DNA of 64,000 nt, taken from positions 1,883 to 65,882 of the forward strand of contig JAZUHE010000067.1 in assembly GCA_045641565.1 (NCBI GenBank), written 5' to 3'. The notes beneath the pieces are model-generated. The model searched no databases. It was not told the DNA's origin and was given only the letters and a program-made list of their open reading frames with translations. The stretch comes from Acutalibacteraceae bacterium (lineage in GTDB: Bacteria; Bacillota; Clostridia; Oscillospirales; Acutalibacteraceae). Positions 63,969-64,000 of the stretch are shown one piece after another (position 1 is the stretch's first letter; every line of letters begins with the position of its first letter). A program made the position numbers and the translations under genes.

Positions 63969-64000
63969 TTTTTTACGGGAATAATACTATCGGAAAGTAT

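Overview
The window looks like a Firmicutes/Clostridia-type chromosome; this is inferred from gene order and from protein motifs read by eye, since no database search was possible.

**1-25.5 kb, core genes.** These are housekeeping genes, almost all on the + strand. They include infB (partial)-rbfA-nrnA, an AT-rich ATP-grasp cassette, gltX-glnS, and a secreted DUF4838-like gene on the - strand. They continue with a two-subunit aconitase-X pair, ylxM-ffh-rpsP-KH-[patatin]-rimM-trmD, ptsH and uvrC-rsmD-coaD. The block ends at tRNA-Gly(CCC) at 25423-25496, which has its own terminator.

**About 25.77-49.21 kb, composite island.** This is a ~23.4-kb genomic island with every gene on the + strand, bracketed by a 10-nt direct repeat (TGTAATCTGT).

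- Left part, 25.8-41.8 kb: AT-rich and densely packed with defence genes.
  - It opens with an XRE regulator.
  - Next is an uncharacterised, translationally coupled module: a PLD-nuclease/SF2-helicase, an untracked 57-aa ORF, a DndD-paralogous SMC-like ATPase and a DndE-like 171-aa protein.
  - dndB-dndC-dndD-dndE (DNA phosphorothioation) follow, with no dndA and no dndFGH in the window.
  - A DUF262/DUF1524 (GmrSD/SspE-like) nuclease is appended to the dnd operon.
  - A DUF2075 ATPase and an AIPR abortive-infection protein close the array.
- Right part, 41.8-49.1 kb: decayed mobile-element cargo.
  - It carries a frameshifted Bro-N/DinD-like gene, a Bro-N-Fic protein, and ArsC-family and flavodoxin genes.
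  - Three copies of a ~125-nt hairpin-bearing repeat punctuate these genes.
  - An IS21-family element (istA-istB) sits next to the 3' remnant of a large serine recombinase.

**49.5-64 kb, chromosomal genes.** These include a TfoX-like gene, an NlpC/P60 surface protein, a YgjV-like gene, an SPFH-HEAT-Zn-ribbon-TPM operon, an M23 peptidase, and a sugar isomerase/oxidoreductase/GH38 mannosidase cluster.

No rRNA gene or CRISPR array was seen. The strongest candidate for an undescribed system is the four-gene module at 26128-30822, together with its unusual Dnd context.
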